From: Octopus vulgaris
Taxonomy: Eukaryota
Direction of reading: 5' to 3'
Length of the DNA stretch: 64,000 nt
Assembly: GCA_951406725.2 (NCBI GenBank)
Contig: OX597822.1
Coordinates: forward strand, 27,342,001 to 27,406,000
Shown: positions 50,837 to 64,000 of the stretch, one piece after another
Layout of the letters: each line of letters begins with the position of its first letter
Position numbering within the stretch: the first letter of the stretch is position 1
Notes under the pieces: model-generated
What the model was told of the DNA's origin: nothing
Database searches by the model: none
What the model saw: only the letters and a program-made list of their open reading frames with translations
Position numbers and translations under genes: made by a program

Positions 50837-53400
50837 CAAACACACACACAGACACAGAAACACACACAGACTCAACACGGAGGCCTACATCAGGTACCTG
50901 GAGGAGGTAGTGCTGCCTTGGGTCAAGAGCGTGGCTGCTAGAAGACCCAGTGTCTAGCAACAGGACTGTGCACCATGCCACGCAGTTATGGCTGTCGGAC
51001 AATTTCTGTGACCACATCACTCCTCCAACATCTGGCCACCTAACTCCCCAGAATGCAACCCCCTTGATTATTATTTGTGGAGCGTATTAGAGCGAGAGAC
51101 CCACGAAACACCCTTAACATCCAAGATGAGCCGAAGGCAAGGATTGGGGCAGCATTCACCAACTTGAACAAGATGACCATCCAGAAGTGTTACAGGAGAC
51201 TCCGAAGTCGTCTGGAGGCTGTGGTTGAAGCCAATGGCAAGTTTTTTTGATAAATATATATCTCAAAATGAGATGTCAGTGTTATTTTCATTTTTGCGTA
51301 ATTTAGACAGTTTATTCACTGCACCCTGTACACGCACGCACACACACACACACACACATACACACGCATTCACGCACGCACACAAACATTTATGAGACTT
51401 AAATGCCCTAACGAAGAACCCAACATATTAGCTATAAGAAAGCACTTTCTTACTTCGATGTGTTGCCAATTTCTTTTACCACCCCCACCTACGTTTACTC
51501 GCTAAAACTACAAATATATGTTTAATTTAGTAATGATCGTAGATACGCCAGATATTTGGTCTTATCAAAAGAAGTATTCAGTTTGCCAACGTATCCGTTA
51601 CCTACCATTTATAGCTTATATTTAAGCTATAGTGAGTAAATTTACTAGACTATATCACATTTAGCACACTTAAGGAATCTGTGATAGCTTGTTTTACGTT
51701 GATTTATATAAAGAAAAATATTATGTCGGTTTCAAGTTTTGGCATAAGCCCAGCAGATTTTGAGGGAAGGGGCAACTCGATTACTTTGTTGCTGCTTATT
51801 TTATCGACCCTGAAAAATTGGAAGGCGTAGTCGACCAGCCAGAATTTGAGCTCAGAACATAAAGACGGACGAAATGCTGCCAAACATTTTTTCCGGCATG
51901 CTAGCTATTCTGCCAGCTCACCGCCTTATACAAATACATAATAATCCTCTGTACTATAGGCAATGGGCCTGAAATGTGGTGGGAGGGGGACGTTGATTGC
52001 AATCGGTTCCAGTGCACCGCTGGTACTTAATTTATCAACCCCAAAAGGGATAAAAGCAAAGCCGGCGAGGTAGAATTTGGACGCAGAACAGACAAAATGA
52101 CGTTTAATAATTTGCTGGGCGTGCTAATGGTTCTGCCAGCTCGCTGCCTTATAGATACGCTTAATAATGATAATAAATACTAAGCTAAACTAAAGTAAAC
52201 AAGAAGAGGGTCTTGTACTAGATATTTCCATTATGTATCTCTATGCCAATTAAACTGAGATCAGCAAAATATAATAAAACTATATATACTCGATAAAGTT
52301 ATATGTTTGTAGTAAAGTATGAGTTTACATATATTTAAAAGTGGTCCCGAACAATTTCTTTTTCTTCTTGTATTTGTAGGTTTGGTTAAATATTTTGGTG
52401 GGTTCCCCGACAATCTCAACGTTGTTTTTTAACGAAATGAATTACTTCTGGCAAAATTAACCCGTAAGTGGTTTAACGTTCCGCAGACACGTATACCATT
52501 GACACAGCTCTCGGACGGAGTCGGAACGACACTGTGTAATTATTGAATAAAATCTACGATACAGAGGAAGAATTAAAGAGAGTGAGGGAAAGAGAGAGAA
52601 GGGGGAGGGAGATAATATGAGAGTGTGAGGGGAGAGAGAGAGGGAGAGAAGGGGGAGGGAGATAATATAAGAGTGTGAGGGGAGAGAGAGAGGGAGAGAA
52701 GGGGTAGAGGGTGGGGAAGAAGTGAGGAGAGAGAAGAGTGACTTCAGTATTGGACTGGTACTCTATTTATCGACTCTGAAATAAAGCAACGTTGTCCTTG
52801 GCTGGATTTGTGCTCAGAAAGCATTTTTGTGCCGAAAACATTGCAAGGTAGTTCATCCGATGTTTTCTGGCGATGCATTTCGCGGACTAGATTTTTAACC
52901 AATGTCCTTTATTCTTTTTCTAAAATAGTTGGGACTTGGTTTCGGGGAGACTGCCATTTTCAAATAGGTTGAACAATCGCGTGGAATGTTCTCTATTGTG
53001 TCGGTAGATTTACTCATCAATTCGTCGAAAAATAAATTTATAATGAAAAGTCCACAGTCAATTCGCCGCCTATACTGTTATGCAATCCAAAAGTGACAAA
53101 CCTGGTCTATATTTTCTGGCGATGCATTTCGCGGACTAGATTTTTAACCAATGTCCTTTATTCTTTTTCTAAAATAGTTGGGACTTGGTTTCGGGGAGAC
53201 CCAACTGCCATTTTCAAATAGGTTGAACAATCGCGTGGAATGTTCTCTATTGTGTCGGTAGATTTACTCATCAATTCGTCGAAAAATAAATTTATAATGA
53301 AAAGTCCACAGTCAATTGAATTGATTTCTCTTCCTTTCTACTTGAACATAATACCGTTGAACATGAGGTAAATCACTTCAAATTGTATTTCCGAGAGTTA
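49140..53400 (+). pseudogene. H: EVE copy B: morbillivirus-like attachment protein H (about 49140-49300, 50195-50745, 51400-51700, 52170-52550, 52863-53400)
   Basis: TTFYQFN~NAFYKDN; QLYDAA~RLHRAA; IFDK..FNIQAWYHSLEKI~ISDK..FRDLTWCINPPERI; VTSITESTNMYGKT..DNLT~VSSIVTMTSQGMYGGT..PNLS; HLFILGV~RVFEVGV; ILAIRKHFLTSMC~MVALGELKLAALC; PTIYSLYLS~PVIDRLYLS; HIFKS~DLYKS; WFNVP~LFTVP; RGDP~KG(V/D)P. Confidence 0.72.
50865..51330 (+). mobile_element. maT-like mariner 3' fragment inserted in H copy B
   Basis: LNTEAYIRYLEEVVLPWV..QQDCAPCH..WPPNSPECNPLDYYLW; ends caccctgta. Confidence 0.85.
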
Positions 53401-54244
53401 GTTTTAATGCTCAGTGGCAATCAATATATTTCATTTAAGCCACTAATACTTCAGTTCACAATAAACCCATAACATCAAATTTAAGTATGAAATCGATTTC
53501 TTTTAGTATAGGGATTGTTGTGATTGGCAAAAATTGTAGAGTGCTTCACAAAATGTCCAGTTGGTATTTAGTCTTGCTTGTTTATGTCCTGAGTTCAAAT
53601 ACCTTCGCAGTCGAATGTTTTTACCTTTTATTATTCCTTGATTGATAGAAGTACCAACCACATTTTGAGTTTACTTTAATTGACTATTTGAGTGCAAAAC
53701 TGCGGCCTTATTTCGTTTTCGGTTGTTTTCTAGAAAAAATTATTTTTGTCGATGTCAGAGGAATTTTATTTAAAACGCTTAGAGTCGGAACCAATACAGA
53801 GAAATATTGTATCCAATGTTCTGACGACTAAACCAATTCACGGTTACTAATGAATATTTCATAAGACAAAAGTCGAAATTATGCATATGAGTTTATATAA
53901 ACATAGGAATAAATGTGAGATGAACACAAAACAGGTGATGAAACGGACGTATTGGGCAGTGATTACAAAAATGTACTTCCGGGGCTATAAAGTCCGCCAG
54001 TCTGTTTAATCGTGCGAAAATCAAATTGAGAAAACTTCAAGTGTACTCAGAAGCGTAATATCGGGAATAGATACACATGAGTTTTCCATCATACATTTTA
54101 AATATTTATGAGGCTTTAAACTTGAGTTTCGTTTCTCACAAATATTGTCAGAAAAATCTCTCCCATCACTAGGTTTTTATTTAACCATAGATTAAACGCC
54201 GAAAGTCGAGCTCATTTCATTTTTAATATAATACTAGAATAAAA

Positions 54245-54697
54245 GGATCTTTTCGGTTTGACCGGCAGTTTTTAAAAATAATTTCCACGTAACTAAGCAC
54301 TTTTAAACTTCGTATACTGGTAGAATGTGTTTATAAAACATCGTTTTCTCTTGGCTTTATTGAGAAAATTCTATAGTTTGTAAGATATTTGTTGTTGTTT
54401 TTTTCTTCAATTTCTGCAATTTCAACCAATCAATGACGTCTATTGAGGTGAAAACATTTTGTGCCGTATGAATATGTTCCTCGTTTAAGAAACAGATTGG
54501 GTTTATTTACATTTCTGAAGAAAAAAATATGCCCTTCCCCACCCCTAACCCTAACCTTAACCCTAACTAACCCTAACTCTAACCCTAACCCTAAAACAGA
54601 TTGAAATGCAATATACCGATACTAGGGTCATAATTATGGGGGACAATTTCATATGACACCGCTAGAAAAAAACTGCCGTTCAAACTGAAAAGATCCG
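54245..54697. mobile_element. MITE with TIRs and an internal (CCCTAA)n tract
   Basis: ggatcttttcggtttgaccggcagtttt / aaaactgccgttcaaactgaaaagatcc; flanks gaataaaa/gattaaaa (about 8-bp TSD). Confidence 0.85.
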
Positions 54698-55356
54698 ATT
54701 AAAATATAAAGGCATTCTGAATAAGTGACACTTAGAAGTCTCAACAAATTTAAACTAATGTATTATTAGGAAGTTGCATTATCCTGTACGGTAGTTGGAA
54801 AGAGCACTATAATTAAAATTAGTCTTTATAAGGAGTTGAATACAGTGCAGCGATGTGTAAAATTCGTTACAGTGAGCAGCGTAGACAGATTTCTGTGCAG
54901 AGACAGTTATTTCTAAAGTACTTCATTGTAAATATTAACTGACATTTAGGTTTCAGAATACTTGTTGCTCCAGAGTAAAGCAAGTTACTGGATTTAATGG
55001 ATTAACGTTTCTACAATACTCGAATCAAATATGTATATTAAAACAAAAATCTTCTTGATATTTAGTTTACCTTCTCTTTCATGTTGCAGCAAATAATATA
55101 ATTATAGACATCAATAATAACATCAACGGCAATAAGTACATTATTTTATCCCCGCAAAATATTATACTTGCATAAATCTACGAGCAAATATTTACGTATA
55201 TTTCCGCTATAACTGAATTCCTTCAAGCGAATTCAATTAGAATGCACTTTTAACAATCGCCCGTCGAATAATATTAGCTTGACATTAATGTTATAAAACA
55301 GGGAGTGCGAAAATGATCAACAGACTCAGAAAAGAGATCTGAATATGCATCAATGA

Positions 55357-55427
<71 letters not shown>

Positions 55428-55694
55428 AATCTATCTATGTATCTATCTATCTATCTATCTTTTTATCTATCTAGCAAGCTATAAAATTAGACAGTTTGTT
55501 AATATATATATGTGTATGTGTTTGCACACATACACCACACACATAAGTATGTATGAGCGTATGTGTGAGAGCTGAAGTTGTGCGCGTGGGTGCGGGTGTG
55601 TGTGTATATGTGTGTGCGTGTATTTATGTGACCACGTGTGTATCGTTGGCGATTTTCTTTCTCCGTCTTCCCTCCCTTGGACCTTTCCTTTTTC

Positions 55695-55735
55695 TGTGTT
55701 TCTGACGAAGAGCTCCGCTCGAAACGTTAACTGCT
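55695..55735 (+). ncRNA. Minimal hammerhead-ribozyme-like motif in a Penelope-derived repeat (55630-55830)
   Basis: CTGACGA-a-gagc-tcc-gctc-GAAAC-gtta: CUGAnGA core, stem II hairpin, GAAA and a palindromic aacgtt. Confidence 0.55.
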
Positions 55736-56644
55736 CCTTCTTTCTTTCCTTTCCTTAACACCCAATAACACTATACTTGTTCCACGTACTGGCGTTTTTA
55801 TGTTTTCTCTTTGTTCATGTTTTGAGTAACTATATATATATATATATATATGGAGGCGCAATGGCCCAGTGGTTAGGGCAGCGGACTCGCGGTCGTAGGA
55901 TCGCGGTTTCGATTCCCAGACCGGGCGTTATGAGTGTTTATTGAGCGAAAACACCTAAAGCTCCACGAAGCTCCAGCAGGGGTTGGTGGAGATACCTGCT
56001 GTACTCTTTCGCCACAACTTTCTCTCACTCTTTCTTCTGTAGGCCTGCTCGCTTAGCCAAGCGGGGTGGCGTCATTTGAAGGCTAAAACAATGCGAAGCG
56101 CATTGAGACCAGCGATGTGTAGCAACATCTGATAGCCTGGTCGGTCACGGTGATCACGGTGGTATATATATATATATAAGTTCAGAACAGTTGCGAGTTG
56201 GACATTTGCGTGCTAGACAAATGCGTAAGAGACAATTGCGTTCCTGGATAGTTGTGTCCTTGTATTATTATGAAATTTTATTTATCTTTTTCCCATGTGT
56301 ATTTTTTGTTTATTTGGAACAGCTGGTTATCAAATTCTAATTGTAAATAAACACATTTAATAACTCTAAGCAAGAGAGTAGGTAATAATGAATATTTAAA
56401 AAAGGAATAAAAGAAATATAAGTTTAAAATTTACAAGTTTATTTTTGTTTAAAAAAAACGAAAACAGATTAACAATTTTTTTTTAAATTCAAGAAACCAA
56501 CAAGCAAGACAGCGAGAAAAATATTAAAAATAACCGTTAACAGATATAGATGTATATACTCCCTTGCGCAAGCTGCACGGCATGTGTACACTCACTCATA
56601 CAAGCATCCATGAAGATGCAAGCATACGCACACGAGCGTTTTAG

Positions 56645-57085
56645 TGCACACGCATTCGGTTCTTGGTCTCAAGCATTTGTCTTATGAAGAAAGGCTGAAG
56701 ACGCTCGACCTTTATTCTCTCGAAAAACGACGACGCCGTGGTGAACTCATTCTTGCTCACATCATAAGCGGAAAGTGTAACCTTTCGAAAGAGCTGTTCT
56801 TCACTCCTGCTCCAGAGCGTCGGCTGCGGGGTCACTCCGAAAAGCTCTATCTGCGACGATTTCATCTCAATCGAAGGAGAGGGGCTTTCTCCGTCCGGGT
56901 TGCGGTTCCATAGAATAAGCTGCCGGACGAGATAGTGAAGATGCCGACGACCGCTCGTTTCAAAGTCTCCCTTGACCAGAAATGGCCTGAACTGTTTGCA
57001 TGAACACCACCCTGTACATAACTCCATGTCCCCCTACATGGCCTTGCTTTTTGCTTTTTGAGCCAAAAAATTAACTTAACTTAAC
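56645..57085 (+). mobile_element. CR1-group LINE 3' fragment
   Basis: GLKHLSYEERLKTLDLYSLEKRRRRGELI..RLRGHSEKL..FSVRV; tail (ttaac)n. Confidence 0.88.
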
Positions 57086-57295
57086 ATAGCGAGTTAAATA
57101 GCTACTTGGTACTTAAAACAATGGGGAGGTTAAAGCTAAACTTAATTCATCCATAACTTAAAGTAACTTATGTTAACAGTTACTGAAAAACATTCCCGCT
57201 GCATTATGAGAAAGTACATTTATATGCATGTTGGCATCTACAGAGTCTTTCAGAAATTGTATCAATGAGGTTTTCATTGGTTCACAAAATAGACA

Positions 57296-58410
57296 GTATA
57301 TATTGGATCATCCCATAAATAATGTGGCTCTTTTATACTTATTATAGTTTTCAAAATGAAGATAAAGTTGTTTTTTTTTCATCTAAAATATACTCTCCTT
57401 CATTTTCTGCAATATTCTCCCATCTCTCTGGTAGACTTGCAAGGCCTCTCTTCAAAAATTCACCTGTCCGTACAAAAAATACTCCTCCAGTACTGTTCTC
57501 GCCTCGTCTACAGAATTCATATTTGTTTCGTCCAAATGATTGTGAAGACTGCGGAATTAATGATAATCAGATGGGGCAATATCTGGCGAATATGGTGGGT
57601 GAGGCATCGTTTCCCATTCAAACTGCATCAACATTCGGAATGTCATCCTCGCTGTATGTGACCAGACATTATCCTAATGGAAGAACACCTTTCGTCTTGA
57701 AACCAAAAATAGTTGTTTTTCTTCTAGCGCTGACTTAAGCAGCTCAAGCTGCTCGCTGCAGATCTTTCTTATTGTTTGATTCAAGGTGGACTAAACCTTT
57801 CCTATCCCTTCAAGCAGAGAACAACGCCTTACGTGGGCGAAGACCTTCTTTAGCATGTTTATACAGAACCCATTTCTCGTCACTGGTCACCATATGATCC
57901 AAAAAAGGTACATTAGTGAGACGTGACAGCAAAAAGAGTACACATTCAATATCTGCACACATTCACTCTCTAGGAAAGTTTGTAAGGATTTCATCGAACC
58001 AATTTGCTGACTTTTCCGATGGCACACAGGTATCGATGAATTGTTGAATGACCAAATCCCAGCTTCTCTACGAGTTCCTCAAGAGTTACAATGAGATTTT
58101 GTTCCACCAGGGTTTGCAGGACGTCCTCGTCGAGCTCTACACATCTTCCAGGACGAGTCTCGTCTTCTAGGTTGTAGTTTCCGACTCAGAATTTCTGGAA
58201 CCACCGTTGGCACTGGCTTATGCTTATTGTTCGATCCCCATATACAGCATTAATATTCCTTGTACTTTCCGTTGCTTTGTTGCTATTATTGAACTCACAA
58301 AGCAAAATATACCGAATATGCTCCTCTGTCACTTCCATTATATCTATGAAAAAATAACTGTTAAAATCGAATTGTACTCTCCAAAACTTGCACTAAGGAT
58401 AACAGGGTAA
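57296..58410 (-). mobile_element. mariner transposon remnant inserted in L copy B
   Basis: Minus strand ..WFQKF*VGNYNLEDETRPG..DHMVTSDEKWVLY..HYTAR..PHPPYSPDIAPSDYH. Confidence 0.85.
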
Positions 58411-60349
58411 AATTACTGCCTACTTTTATAGCAAGTTGATGCAGGTAGTTTATCCCGTCCCCCTCCAACTTTTAGTTCATGCAATTGAAAAGACCGTACT
58501 ATTTATGAGATGGCCCAATATAGTTCTTTTGATAAATGTCTATGACGTTAATATTTATATTCATATGTGTGTGTATGTATGCACATACATACATACGCAC
58601 ATACAATCTGGAAGAGAGGCAGAGACGGAGGGAGAAATAAAGAGTGACAAATTAAGGTCATATATACATATCTACTTTGTATTATATATTCCAGTGTCTC
58701 TCAATTTACTCTTTTACTCTTTTGTTTCAGTCATTTGACAACGGCCATGCTGGAGCACCGCCTTTAGTCGAGTAAATCGACCCCAGGATTTAATACTTAT
58801 TCTATCGGACTCTATTGTCACACCGCTATGTTACGGGGATGTTAACACACCAACGTCGGTTGTCCAGCGTTTTTGGGTGGGACAAACATACACACAAACA
58901 TATACACACACATACATATACATATATATATATATATACACATATATACGACGGGTTTCTTCCAGTTTCTGTCTACCAAATCCACTCACAAGGTTTTGGT
59001 CGGTCCGAAACTGTAGTAGAAGACACTTGCCCAAGGTGCTACGCGGTGGGACTGAACCCGGGACCATGTAGTTAGTAAGCAAGCTACTTACCACACGGCC
59101 ACTTCTGAGCCTAAATAACTTTCACCACCAACGGAAAGCGAAGCGCTCCTCACGAACGCAGTTCGTATGATGGTCGTGTTCTGTAAACAGTTTTAAGTAG
59201 GAGCCCGAAAAAGAAGAATGAACACGCAATGTGCAAATACTCACTGAATTTGTAAAACAGAAGAGAAGAATAAAAACACAATGTCAAGCATGTTATATGA
59301 TGGTCTGCATGTCATGTCTGGTATCATTATCACGCAACTTTGCTGCAATTTTCTTGTTTATTTAGCCTTCTCATAATAAATGCTTTGTTTTTACATGTAT
59401 TTAAATGGATTGCGTGAAACCCATGTATATCTATTTACTATGTTATGCTCTTCATTACACTGACATTTTTCTTCAGTTCAATAATTGAACGAACGATTAA
59501 GTACGTCGGCAGATTACGCAACAGAGTATGAAAGGATACTTTTTTGCCTTCTTAAGGAGTTCTCGTCTCTCGTTCTGTATTGAATTTATCTCACATGATT
59601 TATATAAGCATGTGTGTGGAAACGTATGTTTGTGTGTATGTGTGTTTGTGTGCATAAAACCTCGCAAGGTGGTGAGATGGCAGAATGGTTAGCCGGCCGG
59701 ACAGAATGTTTAGTGGAATTTCTTCTGACTCTCTACATTCTGAGATAAATTCCATTAAGGTCAATATTAGCTTTTAAACATTCGAGGTAGATAAAAAAAA
59801 AAACACACTAATGTACTAATGTAACAGAGTACCAATTCACGGTGTTGGATAGGCGGAAGAGTAAGTTCACTGAACCGGATGCCTGGTAGTAATGTTCTCC
59901 TTGGGTTTTAAGTTCTCTGTTCAGATCTTATCATGGACCAGTTAATGATAGGCCATGATAATTCTATGACCGGGTTAACGCCATCGACTGGCCTCCACAG
60001 AGTCCCATTTGTTCCAAACACTCGGCGTTGTTCCCGAGTTGAGGATATATTGCTACCTCCTTCAGGATTTGAATATTTTAATCAGTTTAGTTTCATAACC
60101 GTCTGAGCCGTTACACATTAACTCGACCATTTCATATTGGCAGAACAATCTCAGTGCTGGCCAATTATGGTTATCTCTCAGCGATCACCAATCACTAGTA
60201 TCATGGTAGAAAACGAAACGATCTCGGACCGGGATTTTTATCGGTTATTTTTGCAATTAACTCTTCAGTGCACCATTTCAGTCTGTATTTTGTTTCATTC
60301 TTATTAGCATAAAAAATACACACACACACATACATACATATATATATAT

Positions 60350-60391
<42 letters not shown>

Positions 60392-60968
60392 TCCTGATTG
60401 TTTTGACTGTGTCTTCAATGTGTTGCTGCTTTTAGTGTTATCAGTGAAATTTCGTCTTTATATCCAATACGTCTAGAACAGATATGATCTGATAGTAAAT
60501 ATTATTTTCCTGTTGGATTGATATGTTATAGAACAAGTTCTTCCACTGTCCTTTACAAATATATGTTTCCGATATTTGCCGAAAGAGATTTATAATAAAT
60601 CAGTATTATTATATAATGCTTTCAGCTCATTTAATATTTATGAGGTATAAGTTTGATCGTAATACTTTTTCCATTCATGCTTGAGGTCAATAAAGTTACA
60701 ACGGATCATTTACTTGTATATTAAAAGAGGTTTATTCACTGGTTGATATTTATTCACAAAATTTTACGAAGCGTTTCTCAATATTATTTTGCTAATAAGT
60801 TACTACTAAGAATTAGTTAAACTGCTTTATCTTCTAGGTTCATCTTGCGTGACAAGAATTCATTCTATCATGCGCGCACATTTGCACTTACAGAAATGTA
60901 TACACATATGTATGATAGAATATTCCTCTGTCTTTCTCTCCCCCTATCTCTAACTGTCTCTCTTTCTC

Positions 60969-61037
<69 letters not shown>

Positions 61038-61207
61038 TTATATCTTTATACATACACACACACACATATATATATAGGTATAGATGTATGCATATGCATA
61101 CAAATATATATGCATGCACATTTATGTATATATAAGTACGTATAAGCTGGTGTAATATTAACAATACACCCACATGCACACATACATACAAACACACGCA
61201 TACATAC

Positions 61208-61261
<54 letters not shown>

Positions 61262-61528
61262 GCAGATATATTTAGATGTAGACATAGAGATTCACATTTA
61301 TGTATATATAAATATAGATGTATGTATACACATAAAAATATATATGTATCTATGTAAGTATATCTATGTATATTGATATGTATGCATGTGAGAACGCATA
61401 TATGTATGTATGAATGTATGTATGCATGTATGAATGTATAATTGTCAGACAGTCAGTCTGTCTGTCTGTATGTCTCTCTGTATGTATGTGTGTATGCTTG
61501 GCTGTATGTGTGTATATATGTTTGTCTG

Positions 61529-61566
<38 letters not shown>

Positions 61567-62289
61567 ATACGTATAAACTGGTTTAATATTAACAATAACA
61601 CCGTTGTGTAATGCTTGCACACATATAGCCTGCGCACCAATAACTTGTGAAAACATTCACTGAGCTATTGGTGCGCAAATACTAGTGATAGCACAACTAG
61701 TTTACTTTACTTCAATGTTTGGCAGAGCGTTGATAAAGAATATTAAAAAACACTTAAAAATCATTTTAGCTCGCTAATATTATAACGTTTTATAGCATCT
61801 GCATTCAAACTGATTAAAGCTTCTCACACATTTATCAGTGGACATATGCACATATAAGGACAGTGGAACCTTTGCTGCTATATAAGTAATAGATATGTTT
61901 ATAGGCATATAGATTTAGGCTGTTACATATATCCTCATATACTTTCGTTTCTAGATAGATCTATTTATTCATGGTCTATATGTACCAAAAACTTTGATAT
62001 GCACAAGGTGGCAAAATAACTGAGTTGATTAGGTTTTACATAAGAAGCATTATGAGTTAGAAAGCTCTCGTGTACAGAGTAGTATTATTTCGTACAGGAG
62101 ATGTAAGCCATCTGATTGTTCAGAATATTTACCAGAGAGTTACCCAGAACAATTCTACGATTCATCATTATCTGTAGAAGGAAATCATGAAACAACCTTC
62201 ACGCTATGATATTAATCAAGCATATCAGATGTGTATGAAATATAATATAGCTGGTAATCTACTCTTAACAAATGATTCATACTTTGCAA

Positions 62290-63690
62290 TACAAATTGCA
62301 CAAATCAGAGATCAACAGGAAAAAGCACAATAGATCAGCCAATCACCTCAAGCAGGTGACAAAAAAAGCAGTGCTTGAATTCGAACAACGCATAGCAACC
62401 AGCCCTGGCAGCAAAGTGTTCTGGAAGTATGTACACGCAAAGCAGAAACCTCACTCTCCAGTCAATCCCCTTCGCAATCACCACACAGGGCAGGTTACAT
62501 GCAATCCCAAAGAATGTGCAGAAATCATTGCTGGATGCTATGCAGGCATCTTTACTGTCGAAGATCAAAATGTTCCATCTCCATCACCTTTGACACCGGA
62601 CTCTATATCTTCTATGAAATTTACACCAGCAATGCTACAACGCCACCTTAAGAATAAACGCAACTATGCCTCTCCTGGTCTTGATGGTGTTACATACCTA
62701 CTTCTCAATAGCGAGGGGTACTTTCTTCTAAACCAACTTTCACTATTCTTCCAATTCTGTCTTGACAATGGTGTTACTCCACAGCAGTTAAAAACTGCCA
62801 GTAATATCCCTCTGTTCAAAAAAGGTGACCGCATCTCGCCTTTCAACTATCGCCCCGTTAGTCTTCCTAGCTGCATCGCCAAACTGATGGAATCCTGTGT
62901 CAGGGAAACCCTCTGGAACTTCTGGAAGTCTCACAGCCTCATCCAGCCGTCACAATTTGGTTTTATTCCTAACTCCAGCTGCTGTAATCAACTCATTGAG
63001 TTTCTTGAGGACATTACCCAAATCACTGATCGCGGATCCTGGGTGGATGTTGTTTACCTGGACTTTGCTAAGGCTTTTAACACTGTGCCACATAAAAGAC
63101 TTCTGGTGAAACTCTCTGCGTTGGGCGTAAAAGACGAACTCCATAACTGGTTGAAGTCCTTTATTTTCGGCCGAAAAGAGGTTGTCACAGTTTTAGGACA
63201 GCACTCTGCACCCTATGAGATGACATCTGGTGTACCACAGGGATCTGTTCTTGGCCCCCTTTTATTTTTTGCATATGTTAATGACATAGATGCCAACTTA
63301 AAGAATGTCACAGTGCTGAAATATGCAGATGTCATCAAGCTGCACCTCGAAATAAAAAGGTCAGATCCTGTACACTATAGATCTCTATTGCAATCAGACA
63401 TGGACACAATGCAGCAGTGGATCATGGACTGGCAACTCAAGCTGGCTGTGGACAAATGTACCACCATGCATTTTGGGAGGAAAAACCCTCCACAACACTA
63501 ATCTCAAAAAGTCTTCGTGTGAACGTGACCTAGGCGTTATTGTCGACAGCAATTTGAGTTGGACAAAACACATCGCTAAAATAATCTCAAAAAGTCTTCG
63601 TGTGAACGTGACCTAGGCGTTATTGTCGACAGCAATTTGAGTTGGACAAAACACATCGCTAAAATTGCCAAGAAGACTTTCCACAACGAA
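62290..63690 (+). mobile_element. CR1/L2-group LINE reverse transcriptase fragment
   Basis: SPGLDG..PLFKKGDR..NYRPVSL..QFGF..YLDFAKAFNTVPH..SGVPQGSVLGPLLF..YADV. Has a tandem 84-bp duplication at 63499-63666. Confidence 0.93.
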
Positions 63691-63878
63691 ACCGGAAGCA
63701 TATATATATATACACCCATCTGTTTATCATTCTATTTATGTATCTATCTATCTTTGTAGCTATATATATATGTGTGTGTATGTATATATATATATATATA
63801 TATATACCTATCTATTTATCTGTCTCTTTATCTATATATCTATACATCTAGCTTTCTATCTATCTATATAGATGTGTG

Positions 63879-63917
<39 letters not shown>

Positions 63918-64000
63918 TTATTCACATATACATATGCCTATATATATACACATATATATGCATATATATGTACATATATATGTGCGTGCATGATTTAAAT

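Larger units (their letters stand above)
53487..62290 (+). pseudogene. L: EVE copy B: N-terminal about 55% of paramyxovirus L (about 53487-53560, 53850-54240, 54700-55360, 57085-57297, 58410-58720, 59115-59600, 59810-60290, 60390-60895, 61650-62290)
   Basis: MKSISF..VIGKIV~MDSLSV..VTNKIV; SLFN..RKL~DLFN..RKI; VVYP~SVYP; SEALLTNAV~AENLISNGI; KNEHAMCK~KDEHDLTK; motif A VMSGIIITQL~TVSAFITTDL; VFKWI..SIYYV~FFQWL..SVLYV; motif B SMKGY~GIEGY; NRVP~KRVP; MIGHD~DIGHH; IGRTISVLANYGY~IATTMAKSIERGY; FAINSS~FTINST; IHGLYVPKTL~IYGLEVPDVL (61967-61996); SSLSV~SSLRV. Confidence 0.88.

Noticed and set aside
54540-54595. Telomere or interstitial telomeric site
   Set aside because: Short degenerate CCCTAA tract inside a TIR-bounded MITE
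55851-55925. tRNA gene
   Set aside because: It is the tRNA-derived head of a SINE and continues into a SINE body seen in several copies
62272-63501. 409-aa ORF as a host gene or as the RT that created the EVE
   Set aside because: Truncated CR1/L2 RT with a YADV catalytic change; far less decayed than the EVE and inserted into it later

Overview
Eukaryotic, AT-rich, extremely repeat-dense DNA. The tRNA-derived SINE families and huge (TA)n/(CATA)n tracts point to an octopod cephalopod (Octopus-type); this is inferred from repeat recognition. No intact host gene is visible and almost all ORF-track entries are microsatellite or transposon artefacts. Main result: once SINEs, LINEs, mariners, Helitrons and microsatellites are mentally removed, the remaining unique DNA translates on the + strand, through many stops and frameshifts, into a colinear fossil of a paramyxovirus (Orthoparamyxovirinae, most like Morbillivirus) genome. 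It is present as two head-to-tail copies. Copy A gives the C-terminal half of H and an essentially full-length L (about 1.7-27.3 kb). Copy B gives N, P/V, M, an extra internally deleted F-like segment, F, H and roughly the first 55% of L (about 27.3-62.3 kb). Degenerate gene-junction signals survive. All viral alignments were made by eye against remembered measles, Nipah and Sendai proteins and need tBLASTn/HMM confirmation; coordinates of decayed pieces are approximate.
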